The translations under genes were made by a program, and so were the position numbers. This document shows, in pieces, positions 1-9,190 of a DNA stretch of 64,000 bases. The notes under the pieces were generated by a model. The model worked only from the letters and a program-made list of their open reading frames with translations, was not told the DNA's origin and searched no databases. Positions within the stretch are counted from its first letter, which is position 1, and each line of letters starts with the position of its first letter. Source of the stretch: Verrucomicrobiota bacterium (GTDB lineage: Bacteria > Verrucomicrobiota > Verrucomicrobiia > Limisphaerales > UBA11320); contig JACQFQ010000029.1 of the NCBI GenBank assembly GCA_016199985.1, positions 73,440 through 137,439 of the forward strand. The letters are read 5' to 3'.

Positions 1-1095
1 GGACATTCCGACGAACGCGAGGAGGAAGAACGGAACCCAGCAGGCCCCCACGATTGCCGTGCGCGAGAGGCGCGGCTGTTGTCCTGTTGCAGCCGACGTG
101 AGGAGGCTCTGATCTTTTCCTGGAGGTGAAGCCTCGTTACCTTGGCTGCTACGAGGCGTTGAAACCACGGTCTCCACCTGTGTCCGCATCTCCCCAGCCG
201 TCTGGTAACGAAGCTCAGGCGTCTTCTCCAGCGCGCGGAGGACAATTTCATTGAGGCGCACGTCGATCAGCACTTTCCGCGACGGCGGTTGCAGTTTGTC
301 CGCGGGAAGTTCGCCTGTGAGCAGTTCATAAAGCACGACCCCGAGCGAATAGATGTCCACGCGGTGATCGGTGCTGCGATGCGCCTTCTGCTCCGGGGCC
401 ATGTATTGCGGCGTGCCGGCTGGCTGGCTGTCCGCGACGCCGACATCCGAGCCGTCGGCATGAAGCAATTTAGCAATGCCGAAATCGGCAATCTTCACCC
501 GACCCTCTTTGTCGAGTAGCAGGTTCTCCGGCTTGATGTCGCGATGCACGATGCCGTGCTCGTGCGCGTATTGCAGCGCCTCGCACACCGGTGGCACCAC
601 GGCCAGCGCCTGCTCGGGCGTGAAGCGGCCTGCCTTCATCGCCTGACGCAGATTCACGCCATCCACGAACTCCATGAGCAAGAAGTAGAAGCCGCCAGCC
701 TGGCCAAAGTCGTAAATGGTCACGATGCTTGGATGATTGAGCGCCGCGAGCGCTTGGGCCTCGTGAGCGAATCGCAGCGCAAATTGCGCGTCCGCCGCGC
801 GCTCCGGCGCGAGCAACTTCAGCGCAACCACGCGGTTCAGTGATTTCTGCCGCGCCTTGTACACGACGCCCATTCCGCCCCGACCGAGGCACTCGATGAT
901 TTCCAATTGCGGGAAATGAGGCGCGAGTTCCGCGGGCGAGAGCGGGGGTTGGGCAGCCAATGCGTCCGCTCCAGTGAGCACCGTCTCGGTGGCGAGATTC
1001 ATCGCCGCCAGACAGCGCGGACACAGCCCCTTGGGCGCGTCAACGGGAAGGGTAACGCCGCACTTGGGGCAGGTGGGCAGGAGAGGCGTGTTCAT
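1..1095 (-). CDS. Ser/Thr protein kinase with N-terminal zinc-ribbon; the C-terminus runs off the left edge of the window
   Basis: My own reverse-complement translation from the ATG at 1095 gives MNTPLLPTCPKCGVTLPVDAPKGLCPRCL. It continues with a Gly loop GRGGMGVVYKA, VALK, catalytic loop HRDIKPENLLL (about 520-555), KIADFGIAK and YMAPEQ. A hydrophobic segment lies near position 1. The ORF is absent from the supplied track because it has no stop codon in the window. Confidence 0.9.
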   Translation of the reverse strand, partial: MNTPLLPTCPKCGVTLPVDAPKGLCPRCLAAMNLATETVLTGADALAAQPPLSPAELAPHFPQLEIIECLGRGGMGVVYKARQKSLNRVVALKLLAPERAADAQFALRFAHEAQALAALNHPSIVTIYDFGQAGGFYFLLMEFVDGVNLRQAMKAGRFTPEQALAVVPPVCEALQYAHEHGIVHRDIKPENLLLDKEGRVKIADFGIAKLLHADGSDVGVADSQPAGTPQYMAPEQKAHRSTDHRVDIYSLGVVLYELLTGELPADKLQPPSRKVLIDVRLNEIVLRALEKTPELRYQTAGEMRTQVETVVSTPRSSQGNEASPPGKDQSLLTSAATGQQPRLSRTAIVGACWVPFFLLAFVGMS

Positions 1096-1346
1096 CGGTT
1101 GAGCGAGCATCCGGCTTGTTTCGCTGGCTGTGAGACAGTGTTCATCGCCAAGTGAATAAAGGCTTATCGCGGGTTGTTACCCCATCCCGAGGCTGCCAAG
1201 CTCAAGACGGCTTCCACTGTCCCGGCGACGAATGGACGAAGAAGCCGACGCGATTGCTTCCGCGTCCGACGCACCGTAACCAGACACCCACGGTGGCCGC
1301 GAGAGTTTGACGCCATAACAAGACTCCGTGGAAATGCCGAAAGGAG

Positions 1347-3350
1347 TCATAGCGCTCGCAGCCGGAAATACTTTGCCGCGCCGGTCGCGGAGTTGGTGTA
1401 GGGGTTGGTCGAGTTGCTGATGACGGTAAACGCGCCGGTGATGATGAGTGAAGTCTCCAAGCGGAACACCGGATTGGTCCAGCTCAACACGACATCCTTG
1501 CCGACTCGCTGGAATTTGAGCGGGATGGGAGCGTTGGTGAATTGCAACTGATAGGTTTGCCGGGTTTGCAACATCAACGTCGGAGAAACGCCGAGCAGGC
1601 TAGCGCCGTTCTCGGCGTAAATCTCAAAGTGACCCTCAATCGGATTCGTCTGAGTAAAGGGAATGATCTGCCGTTGCGGCCCGAGCGATCGCATCCCTTC
1701 GTAACGGGCGCTGTCCGACGCGACGAACACGACGCGCTTCTGCAGCCACCGCGCGAAAATGTGGTTTTTGTCGAGCGACGACATAGCCCCCGCTCCGTAA
1801 AGCACACCCAGTAGTTTGCGGCCGGGGGATTCCTGCGATCCGCGCGCCACCCAACCCAGTGCGACGATATAACGATCCGCCGCGGCAGTGTTCGTCAGCA
1901 ACGTGATGACGTTCGTGAAACCAAGGCCATTGGTTGAGAGGCTGTACCACAACCGGTCCGCATTCAGATGCATGCCCATCAAATAATAACTCGTGTTGCC
2001 GGCGAGGAATTTCTTCACGTCGTTGACGGCATAGGCTCCATTCAACGTCTTGGCGTCAAACGCGTAATTCCTCCCATCCCCGCTTGAGGCCCGAAAGACG
2101 CCGTTGAAATTCTGGAAGTCGCCAAAATACAGGCGATAGACTCCGTTCTCGTAGAGCATGACATTCATCCCGTTGATGTCGGCGGCGGCGTAGTGGTAGC
2201 CTGTAATGCTCACGAGGTTCGACGCGCGCGCCGTGTATGGTTCACCGATTCCATTGCTCCAGTTCGTGCCCGTGGTATCGCTCTTGAGAAAGACGGGCTT
2301 GTTCAGATTGGTGACTGGGTAAAGCGTGGCGTTCATGGCATACGAACCATCGTCGAAACGCAGAGCGTTGACGTTGTTCACATGGATGTAGCCGCCGGGA
2401 ACAATTATCCGATGCCGGTTGGATACCGTCTGAAAATCGAAATCAACATTCCCGCTGTAGATGAGGTCATTGCCCGTCGAAACGCCATCCCAGCCACCAT
2501 AGAACATGCGATAACCCGTGGGCGTTTCCACGGCTGAGGGAGCGTAGATGTTGCGCCAGGCACCGCTGAAAGGCGAGAGGAATGGCGAGCGGTTATCCGG
2601 GAGCAGGTTGAGGCGCCCCGCCTGCCATAGGGCGGGATCGAATGCGCCCGCCTCCACGCCGTCCACCTCCACAAAGCCGCTTTGGGCGATGTTCGTTGTC
2701 AGGACGACGGAAAGGCTGCCAGAAACCGCGTTGGTGATGAGTGAGAGATCCGCGATCAGATGCGCGTCGGTACTCCCGCTCGCTTGGTTCAAGCCGATCA
2801 GCGCGAACACATGCGTTCCCACGCCGAGGCGATCGCCCACGGGGCCAAGGTCGATCACGCTGGCCGGATTGACCGGTGCATTGCAACAGGAAGCCTCGTG
2901 AAGACCGGTGGCCACGGCGGTGTTGGTCACGGGCGCGCCAGGCGAACCAGGCGCGTTGGCGCGCATCAGCTCCGCGCCGTCGAGGTAAGCAACGAATCCG
3001 TCGTCGTAATCAATCGTGAGTTGAAGATGCAGATGGGTATCGACGGCGGAGCTGACGGTGAACGAACGGCGAATGTTGAAAGTGGTATAGAGATTCGGCA
3101 TGTCGCCCAAGGTCGTCGCTTCACCGAGGATGCCGACGTCGCCATAACCAAAGCCACCCGCGGCGGTGATCCACGTCGCGTCGAGCAAGGCGTCGGCGAT
3201 GGTGAGCCAACCCGCTTGCGGCGCGTTGGCGCCTTTGTGGTAGTTCCAGGCATCACCGTGATTGACGAGCGGCGTCGCGGCGAAGGAAACGGCTTGCGCC
3301 AGCGACAGTGCGGCGGCCGCCAAGAGCCAATGCAAGGGCTTAGTTTCCAT
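1347..3350 (-). CDS. Secreted protein with an N-terminal jelly-roll (galactose-binding-like) domain, a beta-propeller-like centre (GH43-like? uncertain) and a C-terminal FYRL-type domain
   Basis: This lies in the 708-aa ORF. The internal start METKPLHWLLAAAALSLAQAVSFA (ATG at 3350) gives a clean signal peptide. The N-terminal part carries the pattern W.Y...W...DDGFVAYLDG. The protein ends ...LSWTNPVFRLETS...AAKYFRLRAL. Confidence 0.7.
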   Translation of the reverse strand: METKPLHWLLAAAALSLAQAVSFAATPLVNHGDAWNYHKGANAPQAGWLTIADALLDATWITAAGGFGYGDVGILGEATTLGDMPNLYTTFNIRRSFTVSSAVDTHLHLQLTIDYDDGFVAYLDGAELMRANAPGSPGAPVTNTAVATGLHEASCCNAPVNPASVIDLGPVGDRLGVGTHVFALIGLNQASGSTDAHLIADLSLITNAVSGSLSVVLTTNIAQSGFVEVDGVEAGAFDPALWQAGRLNLLPDNRSPFLSPFSGAWRNIYAPSAVETPTGYRMFYGGWDGVSTGNDLIYSGNVDFDFQTVSNRHRIIVPGGYIHVNNVNALRFDDGSYAMNATLYPVTNLNKPVFLKSDTTGTNWSNGIGEPYTARASNLVSITGYHYAAADINGMNVMLYENGVYRLYFGDFQNFNGVFRASSGDGRNYAFDAKTLNGAYAVNDVKKFLAGNTSYYLMGMHLNADRLWYSLSTNGLGFTNVITLLTNTAAADRYIVALGWVARGSQESPGRKLLGVLYGAGAMSSLDKNHIFARWLQKRVVFVASDSARYEGMRSLGPQRQIIPFTQTNPIEGHFEIYAENGASLLGVSPTLMLQTRQTYQLQFTNAPIPLKFQRVGKDVVLSWTNPVFRLETSLIITGAFTVISNSTNPYTNSATGAAKYFRLRAL

Positions 3351-3518
3351 GCTCAGAAGGCTTCGATGCCCGTTATCAATTCCCGCGGGACACGTCCGGC
3401 TGCGCCCGTGGCTGGAGCCGGCCGTGCTGACTCCACGTTCCGGCCGGTTTGGCACAAAGGCGGGTTTCATCACCGAGTAAATAAGGAAACGCCGTCCGTT
3501 GTTACATCGCTCCGGCGC

Positions 3519-4262
3519 CTACGCCCGGCTCAACACGGCAACCAAATGCCGCATCTCCGCGTCCACGTCGTCCGCGGCATCGACTGTTTCGGCGATGGTT
3601 TGACGGAACAATTGGCGAAATTGCTTCCGCATCCGATGCACTGCGACCCGCGCCGCGCCCTCCGTCGTGCCCAGCCCCGTCGCGATCTGCCCATAGGGAA
3701 TACTGCCCCGCTCCGCCGTGAGCCATTCCTTGAGAGAATGAAACTCCAGTTCTCGGCCCGCATGCGTGAAATGACCCTGAAGTCGCTCCATCGATTCGTC
3801 CAGCAGGGTCATGGCCCAACGGCGTTCGTAAAGTTCATCGGGCGTGAGTGGCGGCTCAGCGGCAAAGCGGTGTTCCGCTGCCCCAGTGTCTAACGACAGT
3901 GGCAGGATTCCCGATCCCCGCTTTTGTGCCATGCCGCGGCGCCACTCATTCGTCAGGAATCGCTTCATAGTAACGACCAGGAACGTGCGAAACCGCCCCT
4001 TTTCCGGCAGGACGACCCGAAGCCAATCCCGCGCGAGCAACCGCGCAAAAAACTCCTGCGTCAGATCCTGCGCATCATGAGGCGAACGTCCCGATGCGCG
4101 TACGTAGGCGTAGAGGGGATACCAGTAAGCACGACAAAGCGTCTCCAGTGCCGCCGCCGAATCCGGCGACGACTTGTCCCGCGCCGCTAGCACTACCGAC
4201 CAGCGAGTGGTCAAGAACAGCAGGTGCGGCGGCGCGTCGGGAGTCTCTTTCGTTTCTGACAC
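3519..4262 (-). CDS. ECF-type RNA polymerase sigma factor (STK-associated type)
   Basis: The start codon is GTG. The N-terminus reads TTRWSVVL. Region 2 is DLTQEFFARLL...KGRFRTFL and region 4 HTH is YGQIATGLGTTEGAARVAVHRMRKQF. The protein is paralogous to the sigma factor at 35331-36110, sharing KG(R/K)FR..L and R(R/K)G.A.K(R/K)G.G. Confidence 0.85.
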   Translation of the reverse strand: MSETKETPDAPPHLLFLTTRWSVVLAARDKSSPDSAAALETLCRAYWYPLYAYVRASGRSPHDAQDLTQEFFARLLARDWLRVVLPEKGRFRTFLVVTMKRFLTNEWRRGMAQKRGSGILPLSLDTGAAEHRFAAEPPLTPDELYERRWAMTLLDESMERLQGHFTHAGRELEFHSLKEWLTAERGSIPYGQIATGLGTTEGAARVAVHRMRKQFRQLFRQTIAETVDAADDVDAEMRHLVAVLSRA

Positions 4263-4286
4263 GCGGTCTTACCGAGAAAATAAGGA

Positions 4287-4580
4287 ATGATCGTCGATTG
4301 TTACAACACCAATGCCAGTAATGCGGCGCATGCCAAGCAAGTCGTCGAAGACTACGGACGATACCTTTACCTCCAGCGGCTCCGTGAACCAGAGGTCATT
4401 CTCGCGGCGATTTCCAACGAAGTTGTCCGTCATCTCCTCAGCGAACTGGGCTCCGAAGTAGAAGCCACCATCGAAGTGCAGGCAAAGGTTCCCCAGCGTG
4501 TGCCGGACAACGTCGTGCGCACCGTGACCGAGAATTGCCGCACGCTGAAGTTCGACAGTAACGGATTTGAGAAGGACTGA
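4287..4580 (+). CDS. Orphan 97-aa ORF, possibly a remnant of a larger gene
   Basis: The ORF is AT-richer than its neighbours by eye. It ends ...VVRTVTENCRTLKFDSNGFEKD. It starts only 24 nt from the divergent sigma start, which leaves little promoter space. Confidence 0.3.
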   Translation: MIVDCYNTNASNAAHAKQVVEDYGRYLYLQRLREPEVILAAISNEVVRHLLSELGSEVEATIEVQAKVPQRVPDNVVRTVTENCRTLKFDSNGFEKD

Positions 4581-4640
4581 GCTGAAATATGGGATGAAGC
4601 GCGAGTTCGACGCAGGAGGCCCGAGAGCTCCTGATTCTAG

Positions 4641-4670
4641 GCGCGACAAGCGCGTCGCGCTCTTCTAGGT
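4641..4670 (+). terminator. Weak hairpin plus short T-rich tract
   Basis: The hairpin is GCGCGAC-aagcgc-GTCGCGC followed by tcttct, located 60 nt after the 4580 stop. Confidence 0.2.
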
Positions 4671-4678
4671 TCGCCCGC

Positions 4679-5899
4679 GTGAACCGTGGGATCCTTCAGG
4701 CCTCGATACTCCTTCTCCTCTTCGGCTTCGGAGCGTCAATTGCCCTGGGCGGCGCGAGCGCTTCAACAACCGCCGCCGGCGCGTCGCCGGAGGGCGCGAT
4801 GAATGGCGGGGATCGCTTCTCCCTGAGCCCTGGAGCGTATTGGCAGGGTAGGGCGGGGGAGAAGTCGTGGTGGTGGCAGACGGAGTTCGCTTCTCCGAGG
4901 AGGGTCGGCGCCCTCGAGCAGGTGCTTGGGGACCATCCGTTCGTTCTTCGCAACGCTCCCCGCCATTACGCATGGCAGGCCAGCTTGGATGGACAGCATT
5001 GGTTCGAGCTCTTTGGCGCTGTCACGAGCCCTGAAGAGCGGATCTACCGCGTCCTCCGCGCCACCCGACCGAGGCTCGCCCGGTTTGTTCGACTCACCGT
5101 TTCCGATGTCGTCGGCGACCGTCCCACCTTGCGAGAGGTCGTCTTCCATGAGGATCCCGAGGATCGCGTGGATTTCCCTGAGTGGATGGTCGTGGTCAAT
5201 GTGACGCATGACCGACGTCTCCCTGGCGAGGGCGAGCAGTTCATCCCGCTGGCCCGCGGCGTGGCCCCGGGCTTTGCGGCTCAGCAGATTTGGCTGACCG
5301 CGTTCACGCCGGAGTTCCTGTCGGCCGAACCGAAGCCGCTTTGCGCGTTCCTCTCGGGATCGTTCAAGGATTGGTGCGAGGTGGACCGATCGCATTGGCG
5401 CGGGGTGGAATCGGCGCTGCGGGACGGACGGACGCCGATGTGGGCGTCGTGCGGCGGCGCGCAGGCCCTCGGGCTCATATCGGAATACGGTGTGGATCAC
5501 AAGTGGGACTGTCCGCACTGTCCGCGGACCGGCGCGCGGAGCACGCCGCTGTACGGCCACATAGGTCACACCGCCGAGCGGCCTTGTGGGGACTACTCGG
5601 GCTGCGTATTCGAACGCGGGCCACACTGGGCTCTACAGGTGGGAAGGGATCCGGTGTTCGCCGGGCTCCCCGCTGAGTTCTCCGTTGTGGAAAGCCACTG
5701 TGGTCAGCTCGAGTGGACGCCCGCGGGATGGGATTTGGTGGCCACCGCCGGGGAGGGAACCCGAACGTTGATCCAATGCGTTCGGAAGACGGGCGCTCCG
5801 ATCTACGCCGCGCAGTTCCACATCGAGATGAGCGGCTCGCCAGACGTGTCGCGAGCCATCATGCGTAACTTCCTCAGCCTGGCGAGAGGATATCGGTGA
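4679..5899 (+). CDS. Secreted F5/8 type C (discoidin) domain fused to a class I glutamine amidotransferase-like domain
   Basis: The signal peptide is [24 protein letters not shown]. The discoidin-like part includes [22 protein letters not shown]. The GATase1 part has nucleophile elbow [11 protein letters not shown] and C-terminal AAQFHIE (His-Glu). There is a Cys-rich insert DCPHCP...PCGDYSGC. Confidence 0.75.
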   Translation: MNRGILQASILLLLFGFGASIALGGASASTTAAGASPEGAMNGGDRFSLSPGAYWQGRAGEKSWWWQTEFASPRRVGALEQVLGDHPFVLRNAPRHYAWQASLDGQHWFELFGAVTSPEERIYRVLRATRPRLARFVRLTVSDVVGDRPTLREVVFHEDPEDRVDFPEWMVVVNVTHDRRLPGEGEQFIPLARGVAPGFAAQQIWLTAFTPEFLSAEPKPLCAFLSGSFKDWCEVDRSHWRGVESALRDGRTPMWASCGGAQALGLISEYGVDHKWDCPHCPRTGARSTPLYGHIGHTAERPCGDYSGCVFERGPHWALQVGRDPVFAGLPAEFSVVESHCGQLEWTPAGWDLVATAGEGTRTLIQCVRKTGAPIYAAQFHIEMSGSPDVSRAIMRNFLSLARGYR

Positions 5900-6038
5900 G
5901 TTCTCAAGGCGGCTTCAATGCAGAGAAGCAGCGGGACGAATACTTCGTTGGGCGTATTGGCAGCCGGGTTCGCGTGCGGGATACTGCTCCCTATCGGGAG
6001 ACCGCGGACGGTCAACGGCCTTGATCCCCGACAAACGC

Positions 6039-6797
6039 ATGAATCAACCCATCAGCGCGGCTTCAGCGGGTGTTCCCTTCGCTGAGGACTCCTCGCGTCC
6101 TTTGTTCCGGGCTCGAGGCCTGACGAAGGTGTACGGCATGGGCACCGCGGAGGTGCGGGCGCTTTCGGGCGTTGATCTGGACCTCTTTGCCGGGGAGCTG
6201 ATCGTTCTGCTCGGGCCTTCCGGCAGCGGCAAGACGACCTTGTTGAATCAGCTGGGCGGCCTGGACGTGCCCACCTCGGGCACGTTGCGCTATCGCGACA
6301 TGGAACTGACGGAGGCCAGCGAGGACCAGCTCACCCTGTATCGGCGGCACTCGGTGGGTTTCGTGTTCCAGTTCTACAACCTGATTCCGAGCCTGACCGC
6401 GCGGGAGAACGTGGCGCTCATCACCGAGATCGCGCGCGATCCCATGTCGCCGGAGGAGGCGTTGGGGAGGGTCGGGCTTTCGCCCCGGCTAGATCACTTT
6501 CCGGCGCAGCTGTCCGGAGGCGAACAACAGCGCGTGGCGATCGCCCGCGCCATAGCGAAGCGTCCGGAGGTGCTGCTCTGCGACGAGCCCACCGGGGCCC
6601 TGGACGTGCGGACGGGCATCGTGGTTCTGGAGGCGATCGAGCGGGCCAATCGCGAGATCGGCGCCATCACGGTGATCATCACCCACAACGCGGTCATGGC
6701 GGAGATGGCGGATCGCGTGATTTATTTTTCCGACGGACGCGTGGATCGCATCCGCTCCAACTCCCATCGCGAGCCCGTCTCCTCGCTCCGGTGGTGA
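6039..6797 (+). CDS. ABC transporter ATP-binding protein (MacB/LolD-like)
   Basis: Walker A is [12 protein letters not shown], the signature is [14 protein letters not shown] and Walker B is [11 protein letters not shown]. The ATG at 6039 is preferred over the TTG at 6021. Confidence 0.9.
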   Translation: MNQPISAASAGVPFAEDSSRPLFRARGLTKVYGMGTAEVRALSGVDLDLFAGELIVLLGPSGSGKTTLLNQLGGLDVPTSGTLRYRDMELTEASEDQLTLYRRHSVGFVFQFYNLIPSLTARENVALITEIARDPMSPEEALGRVGLSPRLDHFPAQLSGGEQQRVAIARAIAKRPEVLLCDEPTGALDVRTGIVVLEAIERANREIGAITVIITHNAVMAEMADRVIYFSDGRVDRIRSNSHREPVSSLRW

Positions 6798-6816
6798 TTC
6801 CGAACACCGCTCCATC

Positions 6817-9183
6817 GTGATCTCCCAGCTCGACCGCAAACTGCTTCGCGACCTGCTTCGATTGAAGGGGCAGGCGATCGCGGTTTCGCTGGTGATGGCG
6901 TGCGGCCTCGCGATGCTGATCATGGCGCGAAGCCTGATCGTGTCCCTGGAGACGACGCGGCTGAACTACTATGAATCGCATCGATTCGCGGAGATCTTCT
7001 GCTCGCTGAAACGGGCGCCGATGTCCTTCGTTCCGCAGATCCAGGCGACGCCTGGGGTCTCGGTGGTGGAGCCGGGGATCTCTGTGCAGGTGACGCTCGA
7101 CATCCCTGGCCTGGAGGAGCCGGCGACGGGCTTGGTGAAGTCGCTGCCGGATTACCAGGATCCCCAGCTCAACCGCTTGTTCCTCCGGCAAGGCCAGTGG
7201 CTGCGGCGGGGCGGACGCAAGGAAGTGCTGGTGGGCGAGGCGTTCGCGGAGGCGAATCAGCTGCGTCCGGGCGACTCGATCACGATGGTTTTGAACGGAC
7301 GGCTTCAGCGCTTCCAGGTGGCGGGCGTGGTCCTCTCGCCGGAGTTTATCTTCGAGTCGCGTCCGGGCGCGGCGCTTCCCGACAATCGCACCTACGGCAC
7401 GTTCTGGATGGGTTACGAGGAGCTGGCCAGCGCGTTCGACCTGGATCGGGCGTTCAATCAGGTCTCTTTGCTTCTGGATCCCGGCGCCAGCGAGAAGCGG
7501 GTGATCGCGGATCTCGATCGACTTCTGGCGCCCTATGGCGGGCGCGGCGCCTACGGACGATCGGACCACCCGTCGCACATACGCGTTTCCGACGAGATTC
7601 GCGTGATGGAGACTTTGTCGATTGGGTTTCCGGTCGTGTTCCTGAGCGTGGCCGCGTTCATGACCAACGCGGTGCTGTCGCGGCTTCTGGCGCTGCAGCG
7701 GGAACAGATCGCGATCCTGAAGGCGTTCGGGTTCACCAACGGGCAGATCGGCTGGCACTATGTGAAGTTTTCCCTGGTGTTTGTCATCGGGGGGACGCTG
7801 TTGGGGGCTCTCGGAGGCGTGGTGCAAGGGAGGCAGCTGGTGATCATGTACAGGATCTTTTTTCGCTTTCCCGAGCTCGGCTTCCACCTGGATCGCTCGT
7901 CCCTGGTCATCGCTTTGGGGGTGGGGACTCTGGCGGCTACTCTGGGAGTGATCGGCGCGGTTCGACGCGCGGCCCGGCTGCCTCCCGCGGACGCGATGCG
8001 GCCGGAGCCGCCGGCGAACTATCGACCGTCGCTCCTGGAGTGGATGGGCCTGGCTTCCTGGCTCTCGCACAGTTTCCGCATCGCGGTTCGCAATCTGGAA
8101 CGCAAGCCGGCCCAGGCCCTATTCACCGTCGCAGGGCTGGCCCTGGCGACGGCGATCCTGATTGTGCCGAACTGCTTTCGCGACAGCGTGGGCGAGGTTC
8201 TCGAATTTCAGTGGGACACCGTCCAGCGCCACGACGTCAGCCTGGGCCTTGTGGAGCCGGACACCGAGGCCGCGCAGCATCCTTTGCGGCAAATCCCCGG
8301 CGTGGTTCACATGGAAACCTTCCGATCGGTTCCCGCGCGCATCCTTTTCGGACATCACCGACGGCAGCTCATGATTCAAGGCATGTCGCCCGAGGGCGAA
8401 CATGAGCGGATCATCGGCGTCGGCCATCGCCAGATCCCCATCCCGCGCGAAGGCCTCGTGCTGTCCAGCAAGCTCGCGGATGCGCTGGGCGTGCGGCCGG
8501 GCGATTCTCTGGGCGTCGAGATCCTCGAAGGCAAGCGCCAGACCACGACCGTGACGCTCGTGGGACTGGCCGAGGATTTCGCGGGAGTCACCGCGAGAAT
8601 GGATCGGCAGAGCCTCAACCGCCTGCTGGGCGAAGGCGACGTGATCACGGGCGCGTCGTTCAGCGTCGACGGCTCCCGGCGGGGCGAGTTTCTCAGCTCC
8701 CTCAAGCGTCTGCCGCGGGTCAGCTGGGTGGCCGTGAAGGAGTCCCTGCGCGATAACTTCCGGAAAACCACCGCGGCGAGCATCAACCTCATCCAATCCA
8801 TTTATCTTTTTTTCGCCACGGTGGTGGCGTTTGGAGTGGTGTACAACAACACGCGAATCTCGCTGGCCGAGCGGTCGCGCGAACTAGCGACGCTTCGGGT
8901 GATTGGGTTCTCCCAGCGCGAAGTGGGAAGCATTCTGCTGATCGAGCTGGTCATCCTGACGAGCGTCGCGGTGCCCTGCGGCTTGCTGCTGGGGACGGGC
9001 TTCGCCACAGGCATCATCGGGCTCGTGAGCACGGAAACGATCCGCCTGCCCCTGGTGTTGACCCTCCGGAACTACGCTTTTGCCGTGACTACAGTGACCA
9101 TCGCGTCGACGGTGTCGGCGCTCCTGGTCTTGAGAACCTTGAACCGATTGAACCTGGTGGGCGCGCTTCGAGCGCCCGAATAA
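6817..9183 (+). CDS. ABC transporter permease with two FtsX-type modules (MacB-like)
   Basis: The 788-aa product starts at a GTG. It shows a duplicated architecture in which each TM helix, large periplasmic loop and 3-TM FtsX bundle ends in a motif like ER.RE.A.L(K/R).(F/I)GF. Confidence 0.9.
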   Translation: MISQLDRKLLRDLLRLKGQAIAVSLVMACGLAMLIMARSLIVSLETTRLNYYESHRFAEIFCSLKRAPMSFVPQIQATPGVSVVEPGISVQVTLDIPGLEEPATGLVKSLPDYQDPQLNRLFLRQGQWLRRGGRKEVLVGEAFAEANQLRPGDSITMVLNGRLQRFQVAGVVLSPEFIFESRPGAALPDNRTYGTFWMGYEELASAFDLDRAFNQVSLLLDPGASEKRVIADLDRLLAPYGGRGAYGRSDHPSHIRVSDEIRVMETLSIGFPVVFLSVAAFMTNAVLSRLLALQREQIAILKAFGFTNGQIGWHYVKFSLVFVIGGTLLGALGGVVQGRQLVIMYRIFFRFPELGFHLDRSSLVIALGVGTLAATLGVIGAVRRAARLPPADAMRPEPPANYRPSLLEWMGLASWLSHSFRIAVRNLERKPAQALFTVAGLALATAILIVPNCFRDSVGEVLEFQWDTVQRHDVSLGLVEPDTEAAQHPLRQIPGVVHMETFRSVPARILFGHHRRQLMIQGMSPEGEHERIIGVGHRQIPIPREGLVLSSKLADALGVRPGDSLGVEILEGKRQTTTVTLVGLAEDFAGVTARMDRQSLNRLLGEGDVITGASFSVDGSRRGEFLSSLKRLPRVSWVAVKESLRDNFRKTTAASINLIQSIYLFFATVVAFGVVYNNTRISLAERSRELATLRVIGFSQREVGSILLIELVILTSVAVPCGLLLGTGFATGIIGLVSTETIRLPLVLTLRNYAFAVTTVTIASTVSALLVLRTLNRLNLVGALRAPE

Positions 9184-9190
9184 GCCTTCC

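Noticed and set aside
6694-8070. A 458-aa minus-strand ORF, and the 402-aa plus-strand ORF 7197-8405.
   Set aside because: They are antisense or alternative-frame to the FtsX permease. They are extremely Arg/Pro/Gly-rich with no hydrophobic or catalytic pattern.
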